Assembly: GCA_964387845.1 (NCBI GenBank)
Contig: CAYLXA010000002.1
Location: 160,001 to 224,000, forward strand
Reading direction: 5' to 3'
Length of the DNA: 64,000 nt
Origin: an uncultured bacterium
GTDB lineage: Bacteria; Omnitrophota; Omnitrophia; Omnitrophales; Abzuiibacteriaceae
Below the pieces are notes generated by a model. It was given only the letters and a program-made list of their open reading frames with translations, did not search any database and was not told the origin of the DNA. Numbering within the stretch: the first letter of the stretch is position 1; every line of letters begins with the position of its first letter. Positions 1 to 9,721 of the stretch are shown here, one piece after another. The position numbers and the translations under genes are program-made.

Positions 1-1
1 T

Positions 2-718
2 AATGCGCTTCTTAACGAGGAACGTTCGATTGTTTCCGAAGTGCCTGGCACAACGCGCGACGCCGTGGATGAGATGATCGAATATAAAAATTCCAGGATC
101 CTTTTAGTGGATACAGCCGGTCTTACCAAAAAGCGGATCGAAGAAACGCCCACGGCTTTTTTCAGCATGTCGCGCACCAAAGAGTCGATCCGAAATTCTC
201 AAGTTATTTTGTTTGTTTTTGACGCTCAAAAAGGGATCGGGTCAACATCAAAGCAGATTCTGAATTTCATTTTTGAAAATAAAAAATGCTGCATTCTAAT
301 CGCCAACAAATGGGACAAGGTAAAAGGTGTTGAACAGGGAAAATATCGCGTTGTACTTGCCAAAAAAATGCCCTTCATTTCGGCTTACCCGGTCGCATTC
401 ATATCAGCGGCTACCAAACGAAACATGCTGGAACCGCTGACATTGGCGCTCGAGGGCTACGAACGGTACAACACATGGGTGAAAACTTCCGAGTTGAACC
501 GATTTCTATTAAATGTAAAGCAAGCACATGCAATCAAAGGAAATGTGCGGCTTAAATTTTTGACCCAAATTAAAACACAACCGCCGGGCTTTCTTTTGTT
601 TGTCCGGCACAGTAAATCACTGAAAGTTGACGCGATTCGTTTTCTGCGCAATCAAATTCAGGAGCATTTTAATTTATGGGGCTTTCCGGTTGATTTATCG
701 ATTAAGGAGGATGAATGA
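2..718 (+). CDS. der: GTPase Der/EngA, C-terminal part (5' end outside window)
   Basis: Frame-2 translation from position 2 reads NALLNEERSIVSEVPGTTRD...: second GTP-binding domain (TAGLTKK, NKWD) plus C-terminal KH-like domain of EngA; stop TGA at 716-718 overlaps the next start. Confidence 0.85.
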   Translation, partial: NALLNEERSIVSEVPGTTRDAVDEMIEYKNSRILLVDTAGLTKKRIEETPTAFFSMSRTKESIRNSQVILFVFDAQKGIGSTSKQILNFIFENKKCCILIANKWDKVKGVEQGKYRVVLAKKMPFISAYPVAFISAATKRNMLEPLTLALEGYERYNTWVKTSELNRFLLNVKQAHAIKGNVRLKFLTQIKTQPPGFLLFVRHSKSLKVDAIRFLRNQIQEHFNLWGFPVDLSIKEDE

Positions 719-1335
719 TGTTGATTGCTTTTGTGCTGGCTTACTTGACGGGATCTATTCCAAACGCATATCTCATCGGTAAGCTGGTGCGCGGAATTGA
801 TATCAGGCAGCATGGCAGCGGCAATGTGGGCGCAACGAACGTGTTTCGGACCGTTGGAAAGACATGGGGGAGCGTCGCGTTTGGACTGGATGTGCTCAAG
901 GGCTTTATTGCATCTGCGCTTCTCGCCAAATATTTTGCCAATCAAACATCACTTCAATTTGGTATCTTTCAGCTTACTTTGGGCATCACCGCAATCTTAG
1001 GCCATGTTTTTCCGATCTGGCTCCGGTTTAAAGGCGGTAAAGGCGTCGCCACAAGCTGTGGCGTGTTTCTCGGCATTTTCCCGAAAGCGGTCCTGGCGTC
1101 ACTTGCTATTTGGATCATCGTTGCTTTTCTGAGCCGCTACGTATCGCTTGCATCGCTCATCGCGGTTAGCTCGTTTGTGGTCTGGGTCATTTGCTTTTAC
1201 CGCGAGAGCGATATTTTTTATATGGCGATAGCCTTGTCGGTTTTGCTCCTATGTTTTATTTTTTATACCCATCGCTCAAACATTGCGCGGTTAATCCAAG
1301 GCACCGAAAATAAGATCGGATCCCGTCAAAAATAA
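715..1335 (+). CDS. plsY: Glycerol-3-phosphate acyltransferase PlsY
   Basis: 206 aa polytopic membrane protein with the GSGNVGATN signature of PlsY; ATGA overlap with der stop; GGAGG RBS at 706-710. Confidence 0.9.
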   Translation: MMLIAFVLAYLTGSIPNAYLIGKLVRGIDIRQHGSGNVGATNVFRTVGKTWGSVAFGLDVLKGFIASALLAKYFANQTSLQFGIFQLTLGITAILGHVFPIWLRFKGGKGVATSCGVFLGIFPKAVLASLAIWIIVAFLSRYVSLASLIAVSSFVVWVICFYRESDIFYMAIALSVLLLCFIFYTHRSNIARLIQGTENKIGSRQK

Positions 1336-1340
1336 AGTTC

Positions 1341-1368
1341 TTGACATTTTTTAATTTAGTCATATAAT
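1341..1368 (+). promoter_or_regulatory. Consensus sigma70 promoter (TTGACA-N16-TATAAT) driving the PC4-like gene
   Basis: TTGACA at 1341-1346 and TATAAT at 1363-1368, both perfect hexamers with a 16-nt AT-rich spacer, about 80 nt upstream of the ATG at 1450. Confidence 0.6.
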
Positions 1369-1449
1369 TCTTGTGTTTTTAGTAATACCTTCCACGCACA
1401 CCTCACGCGCAGTGCAAAAATCAAAACCAACCATCAAGAGGAGTGTGTC

Positions 1450-1692
1450 ATGGACAAACAAGTGGTTTATCAGTTTGACCGCAATCAAAATGAAAAAGTG
1501 GTAGTCTCCATAGGTGCTTATAAAGAGAAGACTTACGTCGATTTTAGGGTCTTCTTTGAGGACCCAGGCTCGGGTGATTTAAAGCCCACCAAAAAAGGGA
1601 TTACGATTGCAGAAAACCTGCTTCCGCATTTGAAAAGAGCGATTGGGGCCTGTGAGAAAACAAAGGTCCCGGCTGCGTCATTTAAGAGCTGA
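1450..1692 (+). CDS. PC4/YdbC-like ssDNA-binding protein (transcriptional coactivator p15 fold)
   Basis: 80 aa; YVDFRVFFEDPGSGDLKPTKKGITIAENLLPHLKRAI aligns with the PC4 C-terminal domain ([30 protein letters not shown]); GAGGAG RBS upstream. Confidence 0.65.
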   Translation: MDKQVVYQFDRNQNEKVVVSIGAYKEKTYVDFRVFFEDPGSGDLKPTKKGITIAENLLPHLKRAIGACEKTKVPAASFKS

Positions 1693-1800
1693 TTTTTAGT
1701 TAAAACGCACCCTATCTTCAACTTTACAAACATGTGGTAAGTGTGTATAATGCCGACATTTAGAACAAATCACGAGACCATCCAGAACGGGGAAGACGAC

Positions 1801-2904
1801 ATGAAAAAGAAACCATCATCCAAGAAAGAACATTCAGAAGAACCTCAAGGGAAAGCTGCTCAAGAAAAGAAGAAAGCATTAGAGTTAACACTTTTACATA
1901 TCGAAAAGCAGTTTGGAAAAGGTTCCATCATGAAACTGGGTGATGAACACCAGCGCCGCATGCAGGTTGATGTCATTCCAACCGGCGCCTTTACACTGGA
2001 TCTTGCAACCGGCATCGGCGGCGTTCCGCGCGGCCGCGTCATTGAGATCTTCGGGCCGGAGTCCAGCGGAAAAACCACGCTGACGCTAAGCATTGTCGCC
2101 CGCGCTCAAAAGATGGGCGGAACTGCCGCGTTTATTGATGCAGAGCACGCATTAGACCCTGCTTATGCAACCAAGCTTGGCGTGAACCTGAATGACCTTC
2201 TGATTTCTCAGCCGGATTCCGGCGAGCAGGCACTTCAGATCGTTGAAATGCTGATTCGCTCAAACGCGATTGATGTTTTGGTGGTCGATTCTGTCGCGGC
2301 GCTCGTACCGAAGTCTGAAATTGAAGGCGAAATGGGCGCTTCCTCGATGGGCGTTCAAGCGCGCCTGATGTCGCAGGCATTGCGGAAACTCACGGCAATT
2401 ATCAGCAAATCAAAAACATCGCTCATCTTCATCAATCAAATCCGCGATAAAATCGGTGTCATGTTCGGCAATCCCGAAACAACACCGGGCGGAAAAGCGC
2501 TGAAGTTCTTCTCATCGATGCGGCTCGATATCCGCCGGATTGGTTCAATTAAGAAAGGTGAAGAAGTGGTCGGTAACCGCGTGCGCGTTAAAGTCGTCAA
2601 AAATAAGTGCGCGGCACCTTTCAAACTCGCCGAATTCGACATCATGTTCGATGAAGGCATCTCGCGCTCAGCTTCGGTGATTGATATCGCGATCGAAAAC
2701 GAGATTCTCGAGAAATCGGGCAGCTGGATTGCCTACAATAACGAAAAAATCGGACAAGGGCGCGATGCTGTCAGGCTTTTCCTTCGCGAAAACCCGAATC
2801 TCCTGGAAGAAATTGAAGGCAAAGTCAGGGAAAAACTCACAGCGGTTGCCGCAGAGCATCCGCAGAAGCCTGGCTCCCAGGATGAGGAGAAAGACAGCGA
2901 ATAA
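1801..2904 (+). CDS. recA: Recombinase RecA
   Basis: Canonical RecA core ([13 protein letters not shown]alker [21 protein letters not shown]1/L2 loops). Start chosen at ATG 1801 (MKKKPSS...), because the -10 of a sigma70-like promoter (TTTACA-N17-TATAAT, 1714-1742) lies inside the longer ORF starting at 1741. Confidence 0.93.
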   Translation: MKKKPSSKKEHSEEPQGKAAQEKKKALELTLLHIEKQFGKGSIMKLGDEHQRRMQVDVIPTGAFTLDLATGIGGVPRGRVIEIFGPESSGKTTLTLSIVARAQKMGGTAAFIDAEHALDPAYATKLGVNLNDLLISQPDSGEQALQIVEMLIRSNAIDVLVVDSVAALVPKSEIEGEMGASSMGVQARLMSQALRKLTAIISKSKTSLIFINQIRDKIGVMFGNPETTPGGKALKFFSSMRLDIRRIGSIKKGEEVVGNRVRVKVVKNKCAAPFKLAEFDIMFDEGISRSASVIDIAIENEILEKSGSWIAYNNEKIGQGRDAVRLFLRENPNLLEEIEGKVREKLTAVAAEHPQKPGSQDEEKDSE

Positions 2905-2938
2905 TCTCGCCTGAACTTCTAAATCTCTTGAGGGTGAA

Positions 2939-2969
2939 ACGCGGCGGATTGATTCCGCCGTGTTTTTTT
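2939..2969 (+). terminator. Rho-independent terminator/attenuator between recA and recX
   Basis: GC stem GCGGCGG-attgatt-CCGCCG (2941-2960) followed by TGTTTTTTT (2961-2969). Confidence 0.65.
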
Positions 2970-2976
2970 CTAATCC

Positions 2977-3486
2977 ATGACAGACAATCAACAGAATTTG
3001 ACGGACGTTAAGGCGCTCGAAGACGGGCAGGAGAAAAACGGCTACATTTACGCAATCCGCCTGTTGTCGGTAACAAAACGCAGTGAGCGGGAATTAAAAA
3101 AACGCCTCAAAGAAAAAGGGTACGGCGAACAAGCGATTGAGAAAATCGCACAGGTGCTTAAAAATCAGAAATATTTAAACGATCTGTCGCTCGCCAAGCA
3201 GCAGGTTGAATATTCGGTTTTCGGAAATCCGAAGGGCCGGAAGCGCATTCGGTTTGAATTAAAACACAAAGGCGTATCGGACAGCGTGATCGACTCGGCG
3301 CTTGAAAGTTACGATCAAGCCAAAGAAACCGAAATTGCGGCGGAAATTGCCGAGCGTAAGTTCGAGCAAATGACAGATCCTGATGCGGCGAAAAAATTGA
3401 AGCGCATTTTTGATTATTTATCCAGGCGCGGTTTTGATTATGAAATTTGCAGGTCGGTGGTTTCGGAACTAAAAAAGAAAACATGA
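2977..3486 (+). CDS. recX: Recombination regulator RecX
   Basis: 169 aa, three-helical-repeat RecX-like sequence (YIYAIRLLSVTKRSERELKKRLKEKGY...); immediately follows recA; stop TGA overlaps alaS ATG (ATGA). Confidence 0.85.
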   Translation: MTDNQQNLTDVKALEDGQEKNGYIYAIRLLSVTKRSERELKKRLKEKGYGEQAIEKIAQVLKNQKYLNDLSLAKQQVEYSVFGNPKGRKRIRFELKHKGVSDSVIDSALESYDQAKETEIAAEIAERKFEQMTDPDAAKKLKRIFDYLSRRGFDYEICRSVVSELKKKT

Positions 3487-6086
3487 AAACGAGTGAAATC
3501 AGAAAACGGTTTTTGGATTTTTTCGCCAAGCGCGGTCATACGGTCGTCAAAAGCGATTCCCTGATCCCGGCAGGCGATCCGACCCTGCTGTTCACGGGCG
3601 CAGGGATGAACCAATTTAAAGACTATTTTCTGAGCGTCAAAAAAGATTTGAAGCGTGCAACGTCGTCTCAAAAGTGCCTCCGAGCAGGCGATTTGGACTC
3701 TGTCGGCCAAACGCCGTATCACCACACATTTTTTGAAATGCTGGGCAACTTCTCATTCGGCGATTACTTCAAACGCGAAGCGATTGAATGGGCTTGGGAA
3801 CTTCTGACAAAAGAATTTAAACTGCCGCCTGAACGTTTGCGCATCAGCGTCCATAAAAAGGATGATGAAGCGTTTAAAATCTGGCGCGAGGTCGTGAAAG
3901 TGCCGGAAAATTGGATCGATAAACGGGACGACGACTCTAATTTTTGGCCGGCCAACGCACCTGCAGATGGTCCAAACGGGCCCTGCGGACCGTGTTCTGA
4001 GATTTATTATGATCAAGGCGAAAATTATCCAAGTGCCGGCAAAAATGCAAAATGGGCGGATGATTCATCCGGCCGGTACGCTGAAATTTGGAACCTGGTG
4101 TTTACACAATTTGACCGTCAAGACGGCGGAGGCTTGAAACCGCTTGCGGCGAAAAATATTGATACCGGCGCAGGGCTTGAGCGCCTGGCGTGTATGATTC
4201 AAGGCAAGAAAGTAAATTACGAAATCGACCTCTTTGAACCCATGCTCAAAACTATGCAGCAAATTTTTAAAGGCAAAATTGGTGCCGATAGCATCAAAAC
4301 ACTTTACACGTTTGTGGATCACGGCCGCGCTGCCGTATTTTCCATTACCGACGGCATTTTCCCGTCGAATGAAGGCCGTGGATATGTTATCCGAAAATTG
4401 ATTCGCCGAAGCGTCTGGCGCGGAAGCGCTGCCGGTGTTCATCAGCCCTTTTTGCACAAAATCGTTCCGGCCGTCATTGAAGCGATGGGCGATCAATATC
4501 CGGAAATCGCACAATCGCAAAAAAATGTGACGCAAGTGATCGAGCAAGAAGAAAAAAGATTTTTGGAAACCATTGAAAGCGGCGGTGAGTCACTTACAAA
4601 AACAATTTCGACAGTCAAAAATGCAAAACTTAAACAAATTCCGGGCGAGGAAGTATTTAAATTGTATGACACGTACGGATTTCCAGACGAATTAACTAAA
4701 CTGATTGCGACGAAAGAAGGTCTTTCCATCGACCAAAAAGGTTTCGATAAATTGATGAACGAACAGCGAGAACGCGCAAAATCAAAAAGCAAAATTGCGG
4801 ACTCCATTTTCGTGGTCGACAGCAGCAAGCAGGAAATCGCAGCCCTTCCAGCAACTCAATTCGTGGGTTACGAAAAACTCGAATCGGATGCGAAAGTGCT
4901 TTGGTCGAAAGTTGCCGACACTGGGGAGGTTCTTGCGCTTGACCGGACGCCGTTTTATCCTGAAGGCGGCGGCCAGGTTGGCGATAAAGGCAAAATCGCT
5001 GGTGACGGATTTGAGTTTGACGTCATAAATACTCAAAAAAAGGAAAAAATCATTCTGCATATCGGAAAAACCGTACGCGGAAAAATCAAGATCGGACAAA
5101 CTGTAAAAGCAAGCGTGAACGCAGAGCTGCGCCACGCGACAAAACGCAATCACACGGCAACGCATTTGCTGCAGGCGGCCTTGAAACGTGTTTTGGGCGA
5201 CCATGTCCGGCAACTAGGTTCACTGGTTAACCCTGAGAAACTCCGGTTCGATTTTTCGCATCCGAAAGCCTTAACGCAAGATGAAATCAAGAAAGTCGAA
5301 GTCGAGGTGAATCAAGTCATTCTTCAAAATTCAGTGGTCCAGCACAAAACCGAATCTTATCAAGACGCAACGAAAGGCGGCGCATTGGCGTTCTTCGGTG
5401 AAAAGTACGAAGATGAAGTGCGCGTCATCGACGTACCGGGCTTCAGCAAAGAACTGTGCGGCGGAACGCATTGCGCACGCACGGGTGATATTGGCCTTTT
5501 TGTCATTACGAACGAAAGCTCGGTGGCAAGCGGCACGCGCCGGATTGAAGCCAAAACGGGGTTGGGTGCTTTGAATTACTTGCAATCACTTCAGAAAACA
5601 ATCCTGGACGCTGCTCAGGCGATCAAATCATCGCCCGATCGCTTGGTGGAAGACGTGCAAAAAATACAGCAGAATTTGAAAAAAGCAGGCCAGCAAAAGT
5701 CCGTATCCGTCTCGCTACCAAGCGCAAGCGATTTGATTCAAAAAAGCAAGCCGGCGGGCAGTGTTAGTTTAATTGCACAAAACATACAAAACGCGCAATT
5801 GGACGATCTGCGCAATATCGGAGACGCATTGCGCCAGTCGGCCAAGCAAAGCGTTATTGCTTTATTTTCATCGCAAGACGACAAAGTGTCTTTGATTGTG
5901 GGCCTCTCGAAAGACTTGGCGCAATCCAAGTTGGATGCATCACAAATCGCAAAAAAAATTGCCGAAACACTCGACGGCTCTGCGGGCGGGCGCAAAGACC
6001 TGGCGCAGGGCGGCGGCAAAAATCCGGCGGCCATTCAAAAAGCAATTGATGAATTGCCGGCTATTTTGAAAGAAGCGGGAAAATAG
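3483..6086 (+). CDS. alaS: Alanine--tRNA ligase
   Basis: N-terminus MKTSEIRKRFLDFFAKRGHTVVKSDSLIP...FTGAGMNQFKDYF; editing-domain HxxxH (HTATHLL) and C-Ala domain; ATG at 3483 rather than the in-frame upstream 3447. Confidence 0.93.
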   Translation: MKTSEIRKRFLDFFAKRGHTVVKSDSLIPAGDPTLLFTGAGMNQFKDYFLSVKKDLKRATSSQKCLRAGDLDSVGQTPYHHTFFEMLGNFSFGDYFKREAIEWAWELLTKEFKLPPERLRISVHKKDDEAFKIWREVVKVPENWIDKRDDDSNFWPANAPADGPNGPCGPCSEIYYDQGENYPSAGKNAKWADDSSGRYAEIWNLVFTQFDRQDGGGLKPLAAKNIDTGAGLERLACMIQGKKVNYEIDLFEPMLKTMQQIFKGKIGADSIKTLYTFVDHGRAAVFSITDGIFPSNEGRGYVIRKLIRRSVWRGSAAGVHQPFLHKIVPAVIEAMGDQYPEIAQSQKNVTQVIEQEEKRFLETIESGGESLTKTISTVKNAKLKQIPGEEVFKLYDTYGFPDELTKLIATKEGLSIDQKGFDKLMNEQRERAKSKSKIADSIFVVDSSKQEIAALPATQFVGYEKLESDAKVLWSKVADTGEVLALDRTPFYPEGGGQVGDKGKIAGDGFEFDVINTQKKEKIILHIGKTVRGKIKIGQTVKASVNAELRHATKRNHTATHLLQAALKRVLGDHVRQLGSLVNPEKLRFDFSHPKALTQDEIKKVEVEVNQVILQNSVVQHKTESYQDATKGGALAFFGEKYEDEVRVIDVPGFSKELCGGTHCARTGDIGLFVITNESSVASGTRRIEAKTGLGALNYLQSLQKTILDAAQAIKSSPDRLVEDVQKIQQNLKKAGQQKSVSVSLPSASDLIQKSKPAGSVSLIAQNIQNAQLDDLRNIGDALRQSAKQSVIALFSSQDDKVSLIVGLSKDLAQSKLDASQIAKKIAETLDGSAGGRKDLAQGGGKNPAAIQKAIDELPAILKEAGK

Positions 6087-6089
6087 TCC

Positions 6090-7370
6090 ATGCAGCTCCT
6101 CCATTGGGAAAAAAACGCATTTCGAAAACTGGAAAAGGGAATCGACGGCACGATCGATAAGGATCTGTACCGCAAAGTTGAGCGCATCCTGTCCGAAGTC
6201 CGCTCAAAAGGCGATGCGGCCATCCGCCGTTTCACAAAAGAGTTTGATCGTCTTGAGCTTCCACTGAAGCGGATTCAGGTCACAGAAGGCGATATTAACC
6301 GTGCGTTTGAAAAAATTCAGGTTCAATTCGTACCGATTTTGAAACAAATCACCGACAACGTGACAGCTTACTATGAATCTGAGCTGAAAAAATCCTTTGA
6401 AATCAAATCTGAAAGCGGCGCTTATTTGGCAAAACGGTATCGTCCGATTGAACGGGTCGGCATCTATATTCCGGGCGGCACAGCACCGCTCGTTTCAACC
6501 GTTTACATGACAGTCATTCCAGCCAAAGTCGCGGGCGTTAAAGAAATCGTGATTTGCACGCCGCCAAACCGAGAAACCGGTGAAGTTAACCCGAATATTC
6601 TGGCGGTTGCTAATTTGCTGGGCGTGAAAGAAATTTACCGAGTCGGCGGCGCGCAGGCAATTGCCGCGATGGCATTCGGCACGCGGACAATCAAAAAAGT
6701 AGATAAAATCGTCGGTCCCGGAAATCCTTACGTCACGGAAGCCAAGCGGCAAGTGTTCGGCTATGTTGATATTGATATGATCGCAGGGCCCAGTGAAGTG
6801 GCCATCATTGCAGACGGCGAAGCAAACGAAGACTATGTGACTTGCGATTTACTCGCACAGTCTGAGCATTTTGGTGGAATCTCGTATCTCGTCACCAATT
6901 CCAAAAAGCTAGCAGAATCGATCCGTAAGCGCGTCGACAGCGGCTTTGTATTTTTGGTTAAAAATATGAACGAAGCCTGTGAAGCCATTAACGAAATCGC
7001 GCCGGAACATTTACAAATCATGACCGCAGATGCGGAATCCCTGGCGAAAAAAATAGAGCATGCGGGTGCAATATTTTTAGGCGCCTACTCGCCGGCTGTG
7101 TTGGGCGACTATATCGCAGGCCCGAGCCACGTACTGCCGACCGGTGGAACCGCGCGGTTTTTCTCACCGCTCAGCGCGTCCAGCTTTGTCAAAAGCACGC
7201 AGATTATTTCGTATACGCGGGAAGCGCTCGAAAAAGTCCGCCAGCACGTACACCAGCTCACGGAATTGGAAGGTTTGATTCTTCATAAAATATCGCTCGA
7301 AGCCCGGTTTGTGAATGGCTCTCCGGCCAAATCAGAAACCAGGGAATCGTCACAATCAGGAGGCAAATAA
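6090..7370 (+). CDS. hisD: Histidinol dehydrogenase
   Basis: 426 aa with HisD motifs (IAGPSEVAIIADGEANEDYVTCDLLAQSEH, GDYIAGPSHVLPTGG); starts 4 nt after alaS stop. Confidence 0.93.
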   Translation: MQLLHWEKNAFRKLEKGIDGTIDKDLYRKVERILSEVRSKGDAAIRRFTKEFDRLELPLKRIQVTEGDINRAFEKIQVQFVPILKQITDNVTAYYESELKKSFEIKSESGAYLAKRYRPIERVGIYIPGGTAPLVSTVYMTVIPAKVAGVKEIVICTPPNRETGEVNPNILAVANLLGVKEIYRVGGAQAIAAMAFGTRTIKKVDKIVGPGNPYVTEAKRQVFGYVDIDMIAGPSEVAIIADGEANEDYVTCDLLAQSEHFGGISYLVTNSKKLAESIRKRVDSGFVFLVKNMNEACEAINEIAPEHLQIMTADAESLAKKIEHAGAIFLGAYSPAVLGDYIAGPSHVLPTGGTARFFSPLSASSFVKSTQIISYTREALEKVRQHVHQLTELEGLILHKISLEARFVNGSPAKSETRESSQSGGK

Positions 7371-7371
7371 A

Positions 7372-7977
7372 TTGGCTGCACAAAAAAGAATCGGAAAAGT
7401 TGGCCGAGAAACCAAAGAAACATCGATCCAGATTGAACTCAATTTGGACGGCTCCGGATCGTCATCCATTGCGACCGGAATTCCGTTTTTAGATCACATG
7501 CTCACGAGCCTGACAAAACACGGTCTATTTGACTTGAAAGTCAAAGCGAAAGGTGATTTGGAAATCGACATTCACCACACGAACGAAGACGTCGGAATCG
7601 TGCTGGGCCAGGCACTGTCGAAAGCGCTCGGAAACAAAGCCGGTATCCGCCGGTTTGGGTTTTTCAGCATTCCGATGGATGAGGCACTGGTCCGAGTCAG
7701 CATTGATATTTCAGGGCGGCCGTCGTTTCACTTGATTAAATCAAAAACTGCAAAATTTCACCGCTCAACCAAATATTCATTTCACGACGCGTGTGAATTT
7801 ATGCGTGCCTTCACGCTCAATTCCGGCATCAACATGATCGCGGAAGTCATGCAGGGCGAAGACTCTCACCACATTACGGAAGCCATGTTTAAGGCTTTGG
7901 CTAAATCACTCGATACTGCCACACAAATCGATCCGCGAGTGAAGGGTGTTCCGTCTACAAAGGGAAAACTTGCCTAA
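7372..7977 (+). CDS. hisB: Imidazoleglycerol-phosphate dehydratase
   Basis: RETKETSIQIELNLDGSG...IPFLDHMLTSL...DIHHTNEDVGI IGPD motifs; probable TTG start at 7372 just after hisD stop, GGAGG at 7359-7363. Confidence 0.88.
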   Translation: MAAQKRIGKVGRETKETSIQIELNLDGSGSSSIATGIPFLDHMLTSLTKHGLFDLKVKAKGDLEIDIHHTNEDVGIVLGQALSKALGNKAGIRRFGFFSIPMDEALVRVSIDISGRPSFHLIKSKTAKFHRSTKYSFHDACEFMRAFTLNSGINMIAEVMQGEDSHHITEAMFKALAKSLDTATQIDPRVKGVPSTKGKLA

Positions 7978-8588
7978 TGATTTGCGTTGTTGATTATGGA
8001 ATGGGAAATCTGCGCAGTGTCAGCAAAGCATTGGAAATGCTGGGTGGGCGCGTCCGTGTTTCGGATCAACCAAAAACGCTTGAACAAGCGAGCAAGTTGA
8101 TTTTGCCCGGGGTTGGCGAATTTGGCGCTGCAATGCGGGAATTAAGAAAAAGGCGCCTTGCCGGCCCGATTTTACGCCACATAGGCCGCCAGAAGCCTTT
8201 TCTCGGGATTTGCTTGGGCTTACAGCTTTTGTTTGAAAAAAGCGAAGAGAGTCCCGGTGTCAAAGGCCTTTCCGTGATCCCCGGAAGCGTCATTCGTCTG
8301 GGTAAGAAGACGAAACAAAAATTGAAAATTCCGCAAATGGGCTGGAACCGGGTTGATTTCACGAAACGGTCCGAATTGGTGAAGAAAATCCCGGATAATA
8401 GTTATTTTTATTTCGTACATTCATTTATCGGATCGCCAAAAAGCAAGGCGGTTGTGGCCGGCGAAACCAGTTACGGATCAAAATTTATTTCCATGCTCCA
8501 GAAAGACTCTGTTTTTGCCGTACAATTTCATCCGGAAAAAAGCCAGGCAGCCGGGCTTCAGTTGTTAAAAAATTTTATCCAATATTAA
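7977..8588 (+). CDS. hisH: Imidazole glycerol phosphate synthase, glutamine amidotransferase subunit
   Basis: MICVVDYGMGNLRSVSKALE...GICLGLQLL...FHPEKS class-I GATase triad; ATG overlaps hisB stop. Confidence 0.92.
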   Translation: MICVVDYGMGNLRSVSKALEMLGGRVRVSDQPKTLEQASKLILPGVGEFGAAMRELRKRRLAGPILRHIGRQKPFLGICLGLQLLFEKSEESPGVKGLSVIPGSVIRLGKKTKQKLKIPQMGWNRVDFTKRSELVKKIPDNSYFYFVHSFIGSPKSKAVVAGETSYGSKFISMLQKDSVFAVQFHPEKSQAAGLQLLKNFIQY

Positions 8589-8600
8589 AAAGGTAATCGC

Positions 8601-9332
8601 ATGATCTTAATTCCTGCAATTGATATCCGCGGCGGACGCGTCGTGCGCTTAACACGCGGTGATTTCGCCAAAGAGAAAGTGTATTCCGATTCACCGGAAG
8701 CCGTTGCGCTCAAATGGCAGCGTGAGGGAGCTAAAATGATTCACGTCGTCGACCTGGACGGTGCTGCGACCGGCCGGCGGAAAAATTTGGGCTCGCTAAA
8801 AAATATCTGCCAAGCCGTTCGGGTTCCAATTCAATTCGGAGGCGGGCTCAGATCCGTTCAAGCGATCGAGGAAGTATTTTCTGTCGGAGTTTCGCGCGCC
8901 GTTATCGGAACCAAAGTGTTCGATTTAAAAATGCTCAAACAGCTTGTGAAAAAATTCAGCGACCGGATTGTGGTGAGCTTGGACGTCAGAGGCGATGCGC
9001 TTCAAATCGGAGGCTGGAAATCACAGGTCAAGCTGATGAAAATTGATTCGCTGTGCAAGGAGCTTGAAAAATTGGGTGTTCAAAATGCGATCTATACCGA
9101 TGTCGTCCGCGACGGAACTTTGTCGGGGCCTAATTTTGAAAAGACAGAACATTTGCTTGAAACCACCGGTTTGAAAATCGTGGTTGCGGGCGGAATTTCG
9201 GATTTGAAGGACTTAAAAAAATTAAAAGCCCTGAAACATCCCAACCTGTTCGGCGTTATTATTGGAAAGGCTTTATACGAAAAACGGTTTGAACTTCCGG
9301 AGGCGTTGGCGCTGGTCAACGGAAAATCATGA
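8601..9332 (+). CDS. hisA: ProFAR isomerase (1-(5-phosphoribosyl)-5-[(5-phosphoribosylamino)methylideneamino]imidazole-4-carboxamide isomerase)
   Basis: MILIPAIDIRGGRVVRLTRGDF...VVDLDGA...GGGLRS (beta/alpha)8 HisA signature. Confidence 0.92.
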   Translation: MILIPAIDIRGGRVVRLTRGDFAKEKVYSDSPEAVALKWQREGAKMIHVVDLDGAATGRRKNLGSLKNICQAVRVPIQFGGGLRSVQAIEEVFSVGVSRAVIGTKVFDLKMLKQLVKKFSDRIVVSLDVRGDALQIGGWKSQVKLMKIDSLCKELEKLGVQNAIYTDVVRDGTLSGPNFEKTEHLLETTGLKIVVAGGISDLKDLKKLKALKHPNLFGVIIGKALYEKRFELPEALALVNGKS

Positions 9333-9721
9333 ACTATTGGCAAACTTTGATATCTGAAAAAAGCTGGGCGTGGTCGGTGGTCGCGTTGGTGTGGCTGATC
9401 GTGATGTTAATCGTGCGCCACATGCTCCTGCGTTATATTTTTGTGGAATTAAAACGCGTTAACAAAGAAATCCGGTCGCAGGTCCAAAGAATTTATTTGC
9501 CCAGGTCTATTCTGGGATGGCTGCTCTTTTTGCTTGGTATTGCGCTAGGTACCGTGATTTGTTTAGACCCGGGCTTTATGGGCGGTCATTTGGCGCTTTT
9601 CCAGCTTCAGGTGTTGTGCATTGCCATTTTAGCGGCTTCGATTTTCGCGCATACCCACGCCTATACGGACGCTATTTTAAAAGTCGTGGTCGAGCATTTT
9701 GGGGTGGAGAAGCCTTCCTGA
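9329..9721 (+). CDS. Hypothetical small integral membrane protein inserted between hisA and hisF
   Basis: 130 aa with three predicted TM helices; ATG overlaps hisA stop (ATGA) and its TGA overlaps hisF ATG (TGATG), so it exactly fills the hisA-hisF gap. Confidence 0.55.
   Translation: MNYWQTLISEKSWAWSVVALVWLIVMLIVRHMLLRYIFVELKRVNKEIRSQVQRIYLPRSILGWLLFLLGIALGTVICLDPGFMGGHLALFQLQVLCIAILAASIFAHTHAYTDAILKVVVEHFGVEKPS

Noticed and set aside
1741-1800. N-terminal extension of recA in the ORF track ([20 protein letters not shown]...)
   Set aside because: The TATAAT -10 at 1737-1742 lies inside it; the true start is ATG 1801. Similar in-frame upstream extensions (alaS 3447, hisF 9517, trpG 12205, accC 60515, cinA 51865, rng 35014, thiE 56048) overlap the preceding gene and were trimmed
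1693-1800. Looked for LexA/SOS boxes (CTGT-N8-ACAG, Cheo box GAAC-N4-GTTC, GTTC-N7-GTTC) upstream of recA
   Set aside because: None present; only an ACATGT hexamer palindrome, insufficient
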